Below, piece after piece: positions 9,917 through 19,513 of a DNA stretch of 27,991 bases. The stretch is from Oligoflexus sp. (GTDB lineage: Bacteria > Bdellovibrionota_B > Oligoflexia > Oligoflexales > Oligoflexaceae): positions 1 through 27,991 of the forward strand of contig JBGSTX010000381.1 of NCBI GenBank assembly GCA_041736305.1, read 5' to 3'. Below the pieces are notes generated by a model. That model did no database searches, was not told the origin of the DNA, and saw only the letters and a list, made by a program, of their open reading frames with translations. The translations under genes were made by a program, and so were the position numbers. Numbering within the stretch: the stretch's first letter is position 1; each line of letters opens with the position of its first letter.

Positions 9917-10995
9917 TTCTTGAAATATTTATCATAGACGTCATCTTCCATCTCTTTCAGCTGCTCTTTGCTTGGCTTCGGCGGGGGAGGCGTGGGCTTT
10001 TGCAAGCCACTCATCTTATCGAACTGCTGCTTCTTCTCGGGGTTCGCTTCTGGAGCACTGATCAGAGCCTTCGCGAGGGTCACCTCCTGCAGGACCTCCA
10101 GATCTTGGATCTTTCGGCCTTTCGACTCTGCGGCCTCGATTCTTTTATAGAGTTCGGGATCACTGCTTTTGATGTCCGATTTAGTTGTACTGATGGCTTG
10201 CTCTTCGAGTTGTGCCAGCCTTTTCTGCGTTTCGGGATCGACGGCTGTAGCAGGCGATGCCTCGTCAGAAGCTTGCTTGAAACTCACGCTGGCCTTGATT
10301 TGTTGCAAATCGACCTTGTCAGTCTTGTTGATGGCAACACGTACTGGAGTCGCCTCAGGTCCCGTCGCAAGAGGTTCGGGTATCTTCGCACTGAAACCCG
10401 CCGCGACGCTCACAGGCTCCACGTTCACATCAGCAGCAGTCGGCCTTGGAGCGACAGCGACGACCCCTCGCAGCACCGAAACAGTAGAAGAGCCGGATGC
10501 ATCGCTCGCACTCACATGGAAGTCGGTGCCGCGGATGCCCATGACCATGGTGCGGGTCCTCACCTCCATGTCTTTGCGTGGACCCTCGCTGGAAATGATA
10601 GCGCGAAACTTTCCATACAGGAGGTCTGAGACTGGCTTCTCTTCGCCGCCTGGTTTTTTCACGGTACTGATCTTATAGGAAGATTGTGCGGCGACCATCA
10701 CCTGGTCGCCGTTTTCAAACACGAGGCGCGCCATGGATTTTTCCTTGGTTTGGACGACGCTGCCTTCATAGACTTTTGCTCCCAGCTTCGCCGCTTGGAC
10801 TACATAGCTGCTTCCTTCAAAAATAGCTTGGGTTTGATCGGCTTGCTCGCTGATGGCGGGCGAAGAGAGGATGATGACCTTACCAAAAAATTTGGTGATC
10901 GTGGCGATGGGCTTCGGACTTCCCCCCGCCTTGGCCGCAGCTAAGACGAGTGATCCCTGCAGAAGGAAACCGAGGCAAATCACGACTCGGGTCAT
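9913..10995 (-). CDS. FecR-domain periplasmic protein
   Basis: FecR pattern (GSVVQT...ARLVFENGD...MGIRGTDFHV...VSVLRGVVAV). The likely start at 10995 (MTRVVICLG) gives a signal peptide, whereas the track ORF extends to 11172. 4-bp overlap with the cyclase gene. Confidence 0.8.
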   Translation of the reverse strand: MTRVVICLGFLLQGSLVLAAAKAGGSPKPIATITKFFGKVIILSSPAISEQADQTQAIFEGSSYVVQAAKLGAKVYEGSVVQTKEKSMARLVFENGDQVMVAAQSSYKISTVKKPGGEEKPVSDLLYGKFRAIISSEGPRKDMEVRTRTMVMGIRGTDFHVSASDASGSSTVSVLRGVVAVAPRPTAADVNVEPVSVAAGFSAKIPEPLATGPEATPVRVAINKTDKVDLQQIKASVSFKQASDEASPATAVDPETQKRLAQLEEQAISTTKSDIKSSDPELYKRIEAAESKGRKIQDLEVLQEVTLAKALISAPEANPEKKQQFDKMSGLQKPTPPPPKPSKEQLKEMEDDVYDKYFKK

Positions 10996-11141
10996 GAGAT
11001 TCAAAGGCAACTCCAAAGAAAAGAAGTTTTGCTCTATTTGCACAGTCCGTATAAATTTGCAGAACATTGACGTGATTCTAATGGATTGGCTGGGAAAAAG
11101 TCCATCTGACTCGATCACAAGGCCAGAAATTCGAGGTGGAA

Positions 11142-11867
11142 ATGCTCGTATTGAAAGCGCTCTTGCTCGCATGTAGTCTGCTGTCTTTGCTGCCAGCCAG
11201 CCTCGCCCTATCTGCCTTGGCTGACGAGGGATTTAAGTACCCCGAGCTCCTTGTCGTGCCACGGGCAAGCCAGACACTGGCTAAAAAGGCTGCAGACGAG
11301 AACCAATCTCGCTTCACCACTCATCTGCTGCTTCAGGCTCCAGCAGTCCTGACTTTGACCGCCGGTCTGAGCGCTATGGGAATGAAGGAAGACCAAAGCA
11401 AAGACACGGGTCTCTTCGCTACAGGCGTAGGGGCTAGTTGGTTGATGATGACGGTCTTTATGAGTGCTGCGTATACTCCCTACCGGTCCGGGCTGCAAGA
11501 GGTCAGCTCCATGGGCAAGAAATCGGTGGAGCAGACTCTGGCGGCCGAAAGGCGCGCAGAAGAGGCCTTGCAGTATCCAGCCTATATCATGCGCCGTCTC
11601 CAATACATTTCAGTACTGACTCAGTTCGGTGCCGGCGTAGCCGTAGCGGGTCTGGCGGAAGAGAACGAAAGCAGCAAAGTGCTGGGGGGCATGGCTGCGG
11701 CGGCTGCACTCTTGCCTCTTATCTTTTCGCATCCCTGGATCGAAGCTTACGATCAGCAGCTTGAGTATAAGAAGCGCATCTATGGGCCACTCAGCGAGGT
11801 GACGCTGCTATTGGACAATAGGACCGGTCGCCTGGTCCCGGGTTTTAGCCTCCGGGTCTGGCTTTGA
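11142..11867 (+). CDS. Hypothetical membrane/exported protein
   Basis: GAGG RBS before ATG 11142, signal peptide, several hydrophobic helices. Confidence 0.7.
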   Translation: MLVLKALLLACSLLSLLPASLALSALADEGFKYPELLVVPRASQTLAKKAADENQSRFTTHLLLQAPAVLTLTAGLSAMGMKEDQSKDTGLFATGVGASWLMMTVFMSAAYTPYRSGLQEVSSMGKKSVEQTLAAERRAEEALQYPAYIMRRLQYISVLTQFGAGVAVAGLAEENESSKVLGGMAAAAALLPLIFSHPWIEAYDQQLEYKKRIYGPLSEVTLLLDNRTGRLVPGFSLRVWL

Positions 11868-12755
11868 AACAGGCTGTGATGGGGACGGAGCGCGGCTCAA
11901 AGCGGCAAGGTCTTTGGCGAAAGTGATGGCCTGAGCGCGCTCGAGCCCCAACTCATTCCTGTCGCGTGCGAACTTAAAGGCTGCAATAAAATTTTTGCCA
12001 CCTTCGACATGGACCTTCATTACGTCTCTGGCGATCTGCATGGCGTCGTAGCTCGGAAGCTGTGGGCCGTCCTTATCCTCCCGTAAAAATTCCATCAGTG
12101 CGATGAAGGCCGAGCCTACCGACTTAGTCTTGGTCTCGATATCGTAGGAAATCAAATCAGCAGAGAATTTTGCGCAGTTGGGCCGGCTGAGCCCTAAGCC
12201 CTCCTTTGAAAGACAGTATTCCACCAGCTTTTTGAATTCGCTTGCCTTTAGAGCACTTTGCCGACTGGAGTTCAAGGCGACAATGCGGGCCAGACCTATG
12301 GCTTCGGGCAAGGGCAAATCCAGATAATTCTCCAAAAAGGCGAACCTGAAAACTTCAACAAAGGTCTTCGAACTCTCATCGTTGCTCAGGGCCAGGTCCT
12401 GAGCTAGTTTTGTGGCTTCAGACACGATAACGCCGGCAGTCATCAGAATCTCAAAGACTCGGATAAAGCGTCCAGCAGCGCCGTCGCAAGCCTTAGCCAC
12501 CGAAAAAGCAGTACGAGACAGCTGGTCCTTAGTTTGGCCGAGTTCTTTTTTGTTCATAAGATACGTGTAGGTGGTCACATATTCTTTGTAAGCATCGCAG
12601 AGCTTGGCTTCGGGATGGTGTACAATGCAGACTTCTGCCGTCTGGTCCAAGGTGCACTCCAAACCCGCTCGGTTCGACGATGAGAGCGAGGACGCGCAGG
12701 ATGCGCTCATGATCCCTGTGAGGCCCAGCCAACGTATTCTTGCAAGATTCAGCAT
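11808..12755 (-). CDS. Hypothetical lipoprotein with alpha-helical repeats
   Basis: Lipobox-like SASC, AAGGA RBS, internal repeats of about 40 aa. Confidence 0.75.
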   Translation of the reverse strand: MLNLARIRWLGLTGIMSASCASSLSSSNRAGLECTLDQTAEVCIVHHPEAKLCDAYKEYVTTYTYLMNKKELGQTKDQLSRTAFSVAKACDGAAGRFIRVFEILMTAGVIVSEATKLAQDLALSNDESSKTFVEVFRFAFLENYLDLPLPEAIGLARIVALNSSRQSALKASEFKKLVEYCLSKEGLGLSRPNCAKFSADLISYDIETKTKSVGSAFIALMEFLREDKDGPQLPSYDAMQIARDVMKVHVEGGKNFIAAFKFARDRNELGLERAQAITFAKDLAALSRAPSPSQPVSKPDPEAKTRDQATGPIVQ

Positions 12756-13013
12756 GCTTTAATTCCTTGTCTCAGGCTAACAAGTTCGCAGTATAGCAAA
12801 TAGGATCGCGTGAGTACGGGTCTTTCGATCGCAGCCAACCCCATCGTCGACGTGCCAGTCGGACCGAAGGCGTCGTGTAAACCCTATTCATAAAATAGAA
12901 TTATGCTTTCAGCCATGGTAGACCCGAGCATGGCGCCTTGGGATGCATCGAATCGCTTGCTGAAATTACGTGCTCGCTGCTAAATTCTCTCTTTTTCAAT
13001 AGGGAGACATTCG

Positions 13014-14084
13014 GTGAAACGGAACACATTTGGTTACTCAATTCGTGCTCGGACACTTCCTGTATTTGCAGCCAGTCTATTTTTCACCTCCGAGATGTCT
13101 AAGGCCGAATCTTTAAGTCTTTTGCGAGAGATCAAGGGCGTACGCAATGCATATTCTTACGATGCGAAGGAAAACTCTCTGAGTTATCTGGAAAAGCTTA
13201 AGACGCCTGGAGGGGCCAGCAGCAGCGATACCGATTGCAGCCTAAAATTAAAAAAGACCTTTCTCGCCACGGATCAAACCACAATTCTGTTTGATAGAGA
13301 AAAGTTGCCAATAGCAGGATTTATTGGCTGTACCACGACAAACGAAATCGTGGCTGACGGCGGAAAAACCATGCTCCTGGGCGAGACTGTCATCAATATT
13401 GGAGAGAGAGACAGTTGGGTGTCGTTTGCCAAAATCAACACCAATGGCCGCGACGGAGATGATACCAGAATTGAAACTGTAAAGACTTTCACTTCTGAAA
13501 AAGCGCTGAGCTTTCGCTTTCAACTCCTAGACGATGGCGAAGTTAAAGTTATTGGCTTAGATAATCTGGGGCCCCTGACGCCTGATGGTCAGCGCCAAGT
13601 GGTCAGCGGACGCTATCTTGAGAGCCGAGATAATAGTAAGGTCTATCTGCAAAGCAACTCTGGAGAGACCTTAGCCGTCCTACAACGACCGAGCGCCTAT
13701 CAGAGACGCCGTATCGTACCTGTCGACAACAAGCGTATTTTACTTTTGGAAGATAAGCAGGTCGGATATTACTCAATAGCAAATGACCGGTTCTCGAAGA
13801 TATTTGAACTAACAACTCCGTCTGATATCGATTCGGACCGGTATTTTCAAGCAGCAGCTTTCTCACCTGAGCAGAGATACCTAGCAACCCTCGAGTATGG
13901 GAATGGATCTTCGAAGGTCGCCATCTATGATACCGCAAACGGCGCACTCTTGCATTCGGTCGATGTTAGCGATGCCTCTTTTAAGCCGCTTTGGGTATTC
14001 GAAAGTGCCAAAATAGAGTTCATTTCTAAAAATCGTTTTCTTGTTAATTTGAAAGATTCCTTGAGAACTTATTCGATCGATTAG
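13014..14084 (+). CDS. Hypothetical secreted protein, probable beta-propeller
   Basis: GGGAG RBS, signal peptide, WD40-like blade AAFSPEQRYLAT...VAIYDTANGALL. Confidence 0.65.
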   Translation: MKRNTFGYSIRARTLPVFAASLFFTSEMSKAESLSLLREIKGVRNAYSYDAKENSLSYLEKLKTPGGASSSDTDCSLKLKKTFLATDQTTILFDREKLPIAGFIGCTTTNEIVADGGKTMLLGETVINIGERDSWVSFAKINTNGRDGDDTRIETVKTFTSEKALSFRFQLLDDGEVKVIGLDNLGPLTPDGQRQVVSGRYLESRDNSKVYLQSNSGETLAVLQRPSAYQRRRIVPVDNKRILLLEDKQVGYYSIANDRFSKIFELTTPSDIDSDRYFQAAAFSPEQRYLATLEYGNGSSKVAIYDTANGALLHSVDVSDASFKPLWVFESAKIEFISKNRFLVNLKDSLRTYSID

Positions 14085-14109
14085 ACCGTCTACCTGTTTA
14101 ATTTAGCTT

Positions 14110-15777
14110 ATGAGGCAACATCCCTTGAAAAACTATCAGTTCAAACCAGCCTTTCTTATGGCAAGCTTAGCAACGGCGGCTCTACAGCTGAGCTCCCCCC
14201 TAATGGGTAGCGCCTTCGCATCGCATGAGACGAATACTAAATTCATCGAGCCTCCGATCGCAAGCTATGCAGATTTGAAGAATGCGATCATTCAAAACCG
14301 CTTGAAAAGCGTTGATGCCCTGATGAGTTATGTGAGGACAAATTCGCAAGACTCTCTAGACCGCTTCACACTCGCGTTTGCAAGCCGCAGCTTGCATGCG
14401 GCATCGTTTCGCTATCCTCGCCTGATCGCGTTTGGCAAGGACCATGGAAGCGAATTGAATGCCGACCATACCCTGCTCAATCCCAAACTTGATTCGGACT
14501 ACAACAACCTGGTTTTTGCCGTTTCTGGTGATCCTGAGTCTAAAAGGAGCCGGATCATCGAAGTCATGGAATTTATTCCGGCTGAGAACCGATTTGAGTT
14601 CCATGAGATAACATTTCCTGAAAATGGTTTGGAAGGGGTCAGTTTCACCGAAAACGCCCAATCATGTTTAACTTGCCACGGAATGAATCCGAAGCCCATA
14701 TGGGATGCCTACACTCTTTGGCCCGGCCTCTATGGAGGCGAGCAGCACACCTTTGATGGCCAAACGAAGGAATTCAAGCTTTTCCAGGATTTCAAGGCTC
14801 AATCAAGCTTAATAAGTCCTTATAAGCATCTCGATCAACAGGCTGTATCCTCTGTATTTTCCTTGGACAACCTTAAGAGTCCATTCCCGGAAGTATCAGT
14901 TCAGCTGGAAAGCAAAAACCATCGAAGGGTCATCCAAGAATTTATCGACAATCCATCGAAGAGAAACGGGAGATTCGCGCTTGCAATGGCCTTGGGTGCC
15001 TGTGACGAGAATCAGCTAATCAGCATACTCGGGTACGATATCAATGAAGGCAAGTCACTGCTCAAGCTCGAGAGTGATTATGTGGGAGAGCGCTTGAGTG
15101 CATATGATATCGACCTAGCCAAGAGAAGTCGGCAGATGCATGGCCTCCCGTTGCCGACAGAGAAGGAATATGGCCCTTATCCCGTGGAGAAAGAAGTGGC
15201 TATGATGCAGTTCGTATTACGGCATTTCAATAGCCATCTCCGAGATTGGACCCTGTCTCTCTTAATGGACAGTGCTGAGCTTTCCACAGGAGGCCGCTAC
15301 TTTTTCTTTCCTGTTCTGGAAGAATTCAGGAAAGTCGTGCGTTATGATCCTGATTTTGGATTATTCCTGGCTTCGACTGAAGGACGGAAACCCTACGATC
15401 GGCTCAGGCCCGAAGTTTGCCAAGATCTCGAGAATAAGCATCAACGTATCAACGGTAACGCGGCCAAGGTCCAGTATGTACCAAGCAGCTGGGTTTCCCA
15501 TGCTGAAACTACCGATGCAAACTCTATCATTATACGCTGTGCCACCTGCCATGCCTCTGAGAAGTTCTCGCGTGAAGTACCGCAATATCCATTACTTGAC
15601 TCAAGCAAAATGAAGGAATTGCTCACGGTTAAAGAAAAAGCACTAGCCGCGAAGTTCTTGGATCGCATTTCGAGCAATGACCCTAATACTCGTATGCCGC
15701 CCGCACCGCATCGGGCGCTAACTTCAGGAGAAAAGGAAGCTTTCCGCGCTTACTTGGATGCCTTACTCATGCACTAG
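14110..15777 (+). CDS. Secreted di-heme c-type cytochrome of unknown function
   Basis: Signal peptide, two CxxCH motifs (CLTCH, CATCH), C-terminal RMPP axial-Met motif. Confidence 0.8.
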   Translation: MRQHPLKNYQFKPAFLMASLATAALQLSSPLMGSAFASHETNTKFIEPPIASYADLKNAIIQNRLKSVDALMSYVRTNSQDSLDRFTLAFASRSLHAASFRYPRLIAFGKDHGSELNADHTLLNPKLDSDYNNLVFAVSGDPESKRSRIIEVMEFIPAENRFEFHEITFPENGLEGVSFTENAQSCLTCHGMNPKPIWDAYTLWPGLYGGEQHTFDGQTKEFKLFQDFKAQSSLISPYKHLDQQAVSSVFSLDNLKSPFPEVSVQLESKNHRRVIQEFIDNPSKRNGRFALAMALGACDENQLISILGYDINEGKSLLKLESDYVGERLSAYDIDLAKRSRQMHGLPLPTEKEYGPYPVEKEVAMMQFVLRHFNSHLRDWTLSLLMDSAELSTGGRYFFFPVLEEFRKVVRYDPDFGLFLASTEGRKPYDRLRPEVCQDLENKHQRINGNAAKVQYVPSSWVSHAETTDANSIIIRCATCHASEKFSREVPQYPLLDSSKMKELLTVKEKALAAKFLDRISSNDPNTRMPPAPHRALTSGEKEAFRAYLDALLMH

Positions 15778-15998
15778 TGTTCCGTCAAAAAAGTCTTTCC
15801 CCATGGATGCAAGGTGACGTTGAGCAAGCGGGATTAGCCCGAAACCTTTAGCAGATTTTTTCGCGCCGCTATCGTTCGCCGCTGGCCTTCATCGACGAGA
15901 TAGTGGCATTCGCGCCACATCAGATCCAAGGAGGCCGCATCAGCGAGATGGTCTAGATTCTGATCCAGGTAGAGACTATGACGACTGCGGTTTACCAC

Positions 15999-16303
15999 TC
16001 AATGACTGAGATTTTTGAGCAGGTGAAGGCAACGATCAAACTCCTTCGCATAGAGGTCACGCACTCGCTCATAAATTTCGATGCTGAGATTCTCATTGTA
16101 GATATGGACGGTAAGGTTTCTGTCGTTGATCATTTTGAGCCAGAGCACCTCATCACTTATCAGAGCCATGGAAAAGGCCGCCTTGATAGCCTGCTTTGGC
16201 GAACCCACGATGAGGCCGTCACTCGCTGCTTGCTTCTGAAAAGTTTTCCAAAAAAGTTCATAACAGAACTCAAAGCCTTCAAGTTTTTCTCAAGATCACT
16301 CAT
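15999..16303 (-). pseudogene. HI0074-family nucleotidyltransferase substrate-binding (HEPN-type) protein, internally deleted and frameshifted
   Basis: GGAAGGA RBS then ATG 16303 (MSDLEKNLKAL). A frame change near 16269-16279 leads into FEFCYELFWKTFQK...SPKQAIKAAF...WLKMINDRNLTVHIYNE, with the Rx4H motif RNLTVH. The segment normally between these parts appears to be missing. Confidence 0.75.
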
Positions 16304-16317
16304 CAATGACAATTCCT

Positions 16318-16425
16318 TCCGCGCCGTCAAGTCTCTACACTTTCATCACCGCTAGTGTGATGCTTAGCTCGGGATTGTCATCGCCTTGAAGCGTTAAGAG
16401 TTCCCCGAATTTGACGCGTTCTACT
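16318..16425. repeat. 108-bp perfect direct repeat, copy A (group I intron core P3-P7); putative att site
   Basis: Identical base for base to 19927-20034 (offset 3609). Confidence 0.97.
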
Positions 16426-16513
16426 TCTGAAGTTTCCTTCAGAGCACTCAAATTAGCCGCTCAAAGGCAGCCCGAATAAGTCTTATGAGCCTACCGGTAT
16501 CCCCACCTGATGC
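16318..16513 (-). pseudogene. Degenerate tRNA-Leu 5' half plus 5' two-thirds of a group I intron
   Basis: Minus strand reads ...CGGTAGGCTCATAAGACTT (16/19 identical to the intact 5' exon end), then a variant P1, a variant P2 (TCTGAAG-GAAA-CTTCAGA) and the identical core. P8, S, P9 and the 3' exon are absent. Confidence 0.8.
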
Positions 16514-16817
16514 GAATTTCCATAATAATGTCATAGTGCTGTGATGGAGGCGGCGAGGGAGTGGTGTAGGCGTTAAAAGGATGTAGGGCTTACATGATTC
16601 TTATCGGCACCCGGCTCGATATATTGTTGATAGGGGGGGAATTTAAGGTTGACGTGCTGCTGCCACTTCTTTGTGTGCACGTCACGGCAATGCTGTGCCT
16701 AGTTGTCTATTGATTTTGAGCAATCAGACATGGACCCATCACCTGATCTGCAGTATTCTAAAAATGTCAGATCCACTCGACAAATTTGTATGGTTAGGCT
16801 GACAAACTCAGAATAAA

Positions 16818-17978
16818 ATGGATAAAACCATGATAATATTGGATTTTAAAGAGACTCTCCAAGCCCGACTTGGCGAGTTTCAGCCTCTCATTCAAGTGAT
16901 TCTTGGCCCACGTCAAGTTGGCAAAACCACAGCTATAGAACAAATAACGAATGCACTTTCAAACATCACTCCGGTCCATTATGCATCAGCAGACGCTGTG
17001 TTTCACAGTGACTGGAGTTGGATCGAAAGACAATGGTTGGCGGCCGAGGCAGCTGGTCCTGGAACGTTACTGGTTTTGGATGAAATTCAAAAAGTCGAAA
17101 ATTGGTCTGAAGTCATCAAAAAACTCTGGGATGCTAATCGACGGAGTAAAGTGCACCTTAAAGTCGTTTTACTTGGGTCAAGTTCCTTAGCATTGCAAAC
17201 GGGTTTGTCAGAGAGTCTGACCGGTCGATTTGAATTAATTCGCGCTTACCATTGGAACTATGTGGAATGCAAAGAGGCCTTTGATTATGACTTAGACGAC
17301 TACTTGCGATTCGGCGGTTATCCTGGAGCCGCTCCTTTCCGCTCTGATGAGATGCGATGGCTCTCCTATATTAAATCATCCATTGTTGAAACTGTTTTGG
17401 AAAAAGACATTTTGCAACTACGCCGAGTAGCGAGACCGGCATTATTCAAACAAGTTTTCGAGCTCCTTTGTAGCTACCCGGCGGCAGAGATAAGCTTGAG
17501 GAAACTCGTAGGACAACTGCAAGACCCGGGAAGTATAGAAACAGTTAAGCATTACATTGAGTTGTTCGAAGGTGCTTTCCTTGTGAAAACGCTCCAAAAA
17601 TTCAGCACGAATCCACTCCAAAAAAAATCATCGAGTCCTAAAATTCTACCTCTTTGCCCTGCGCTCTGTTCATTCGCTCGTGGAGAAACAAGTCTAAATC
17701 CAGATCTTAGAGGGCGCTTATTCGAATTAATTGTAGGACTCGACCTTATGCGACTGCCAGGGGAACTCTACTACTGGAGAGTTGACCACGATGAAGTGGA
17801 CTACGTCTATCGGCAAGGCAAATCCATTACAGCTATTGAAGTTAAATCTGGTCGCAAAAAATCGCAGCATGGACTCGCTCGCTTCCGCGAGAACTTTACT
17901 TCAGCCCGGTGCCTCGTTTTAACTCCTGAAAATTACCTTATATTCGCGAAAGACCCAGCTACCTTTGTGAATCACTAA
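16818..17978 (+). CDS. AAA_14-type ATPase with DUF4143 / C-terminal PD-(D/E)xK-like domain
   Basis: Walker A GPRQVGKTT, Walker B LVLDEIQ, LLGSS, ESLTGR, GGYP and C-terminal EVDYV...AIEVKSG. Confidence 0.9.
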   Translation: MDKTMIILDFKETLQARLGEFQPLIQVILGPRQVGKTTAIEQITNALSNITPVHYASADAVFHSDWSWIERQWLAAEAAGPGTLLVLDEIQKVENWSEVIKKLWDANRRSKVHLKVVLLGSSSLALQTGLSESLTGRFELIRAYHWNYVECKEAFDYDLDDYLRFGGYPGAAPFRSDEMRWLSYIKSSIVETVLEKDILQLRRVARPALFKQVFELLCSYPAAEISLRKLVGQLQDPGSIETVKHYIELFEGAFLVKTLQKFSTNPLQKKSSSPKILPLCPALCSFARGETSLNPDLRGRLFELIVGLDLMRLPGELYYWRVDHDEVDYVYRQGKSITAIEVKSGRKKSQHGLARFRENFTSARCLVLTPENYLIFAKDPATFVNH

Positions 17979-18278
17979 ACCTGTGGGTTTATTTGAGCGT
18001 AGCTAATCCAAAGGTTTGCCTCAGGCGTCGAGCGTCTCAAATTATGAATAAACAGTCTCGGGCATTGGCCGATTTTTGATGAGAATGAAAGGGTCGATCC
18101 TGAGTATATGCAGTTGATCACTCGCATCGGTGATCAGATTTTTTTCTCTTTAATTGATGATCTTGAGACGGAAAATCAGCATCCTTGCATGTCTGGCAGC
18201 GGTGATAGGTCGGGCTCAGGGGGCAAACTGACCGTCACTTATACAGTTGTCAAGCCGGGTGTTGTAAGCTTCCCGTTC

Positions 18279-18700
18279 TTAAGGTCCGTCCCTTTTGCTA
18301 GGCTTTTTAAACTTAGGCAGTTGAGTGAATTGCACAGGAATGGCCCGGCAAGCCTTTGGCTCTGATCGGTTATAGAGAGGAAGCAGCAGCAAAGCCTGCA
18401 AATAGCGCATTCCCCAGACGAAATTTGTGGAAAAATGAGGCGAGAGACTGTCTCGCTGCCAGGATGTCCCTTTAATCTTTTTGCCTGTCTTTCGTATCAA
18501 AGTATCATCAAAGGCAACTGCAATCAGGGCCTCGTCTACAAAGCTGCGCAGCTTTGCGAAGAATAGGCCGGAACAGATGACAAGGACTCCACCGACACCG
18601 ACTGAACAGCCTGTAGTCGGCGCTCCAGTCAAGTTGATCACGCCCAGATGCGGCTAAAGCGCGCGTAAATAATTTCCTCCCCATGGCCATCAGCCAATTC
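18279..18700 (-). pseudogene. IS701-like (DDE superfamily) transposase fragment, frameshifted and truncated at both ends
   Basis: GRKLFTRALAASGRDQLDWSADYRLFSRCRW in one frame continues, after a shift near 18540-18560, as VAFDDTLIRKTGKKIKGTSWQRDSLSPHFSTNFVWGMRY. Confidence 0.75.
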
Positions 18701-19513
18701 CTGATGCAACAAAATCTCAAAAGCACAACTATGAATCGTATTTATACGAGTCTCCGTCGCTACTTAAATTATTTAGACTACGCGGGCGTTCACCAAGGAG
18801 TTCATCTGCCTCCCCAAGAACCACTTTCGAAAGATGAGATATCTGGCAAGCAGATCCCCGGTCAACTACCTACATGGGATTATCTTCTGGGTGTTTTGAA
18901 AAAAATGAAGCCGGGGTATGAGCGTTGGGTAATGACTATGTGCGTAGCCTTCGGAGTTCGAGTTTCGGAAGCATTACGTATACAGCCCGAACATTTACTT
19001 GGCAGCGAGACGGTCGGGACCGGTAGTGAGAACGATTTTATTGCGCGAATAAACCGTATTTATAAGCCTTTTCTATATGCATGTGTCACAGAATCTGAGC
19101 AACGCATCAAAGTTAATAGTCACATTTTAAAAGTTCTCGGTGAAGACCCAGACGACCCAAAAAGCGGGGACTACAATGCAGCGTGCATTGACGAAGGCAT
19201 TGCTGAATTTATATTAACGATTATTGGAAACGAGGAATTCGTTCGACATGAGGATTTTGTCTACAATCGACTTAGCACTGCAATCAAATCTCTTCCGGTC
19301 GATGAAGAAATTAAGTTACAAGAGTATGGCTACCACGACTTTCGCCGAGTACAAATCACGCTTATGTCGTTAAGTTGGGGATTAAATACCGACGTATCTC
19401 AATGTCATGGGCATGTAGGGCTGAATACAACAAGTAAATATTATCAATGGGCATTGGCGCTGCAGAGAAAGAGTAGAATTCAAACCCTAAAGCTTATTCG
19501 GAAGGAAGCCTAA
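18683..19513 (+). CDS. Tyrosine recombinase/integrase, probably N-terminally truncated
   Basis: Catalytic signature FGVRVSEAL (R), HDFRR (HxxR), HGH and TTSKYY (Y). Core-binding-like TMNRIYTSLRRYLNYL. The start abuts or overlaps the IS fragment. Confidence 0.8.
   Translation: MAISQFLMQQNLKSTTMNRIYTSLRRYLNYLDYAGVHQGVHLPPQEPLSKDEISGKQIPGQLPTWDYLLGVLKKMKPGYERWVMTMCVAFGVRVSEALRIQPEHLLGSETVGTGSENDFIARINRIYKPFLYACVTESEQRIKVNSHILKVLGEDPDDPKSGDYNAACIDEGIAEFILTIIGNEEFVRHEDFVYNRLSTAIKSLPVDEEIKLQEYGYHDFRRVQITLMSLSWGLNTDVSQCHGHVGLNTTSKYYQWALALQRKSRIQTLKLIRKEA

Noticed and set aside
15774-15790. CTAGTGTTCCGTC, reminiscent of an IS end
   Set aside because: No correctly oriented partner repeat and no transposase adjacent.
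15978-16355. Plus-strand 125-aa ORF
   Set aside because: Antisense shadow of the HI0074-like pseudogene, and it ends inside the intron repeat.
18034-18278. Short plus-strand ORF remnants between the ATPase and the IS fragment
   Set aside because: No recognisable motif. Probably island debris.
16506-18707. 8-bp direct repeat CCTGATGC at 16506-16513 (edge of the degenerate tRNA half) and 18700-18707 (IS/integrase junction), a possible target-site duplication
   Set aside because: The positions are suggestive, but an 8-mer match can arise by chance. I see no terminal inverted repeats, and the transposase is truncated at that point.
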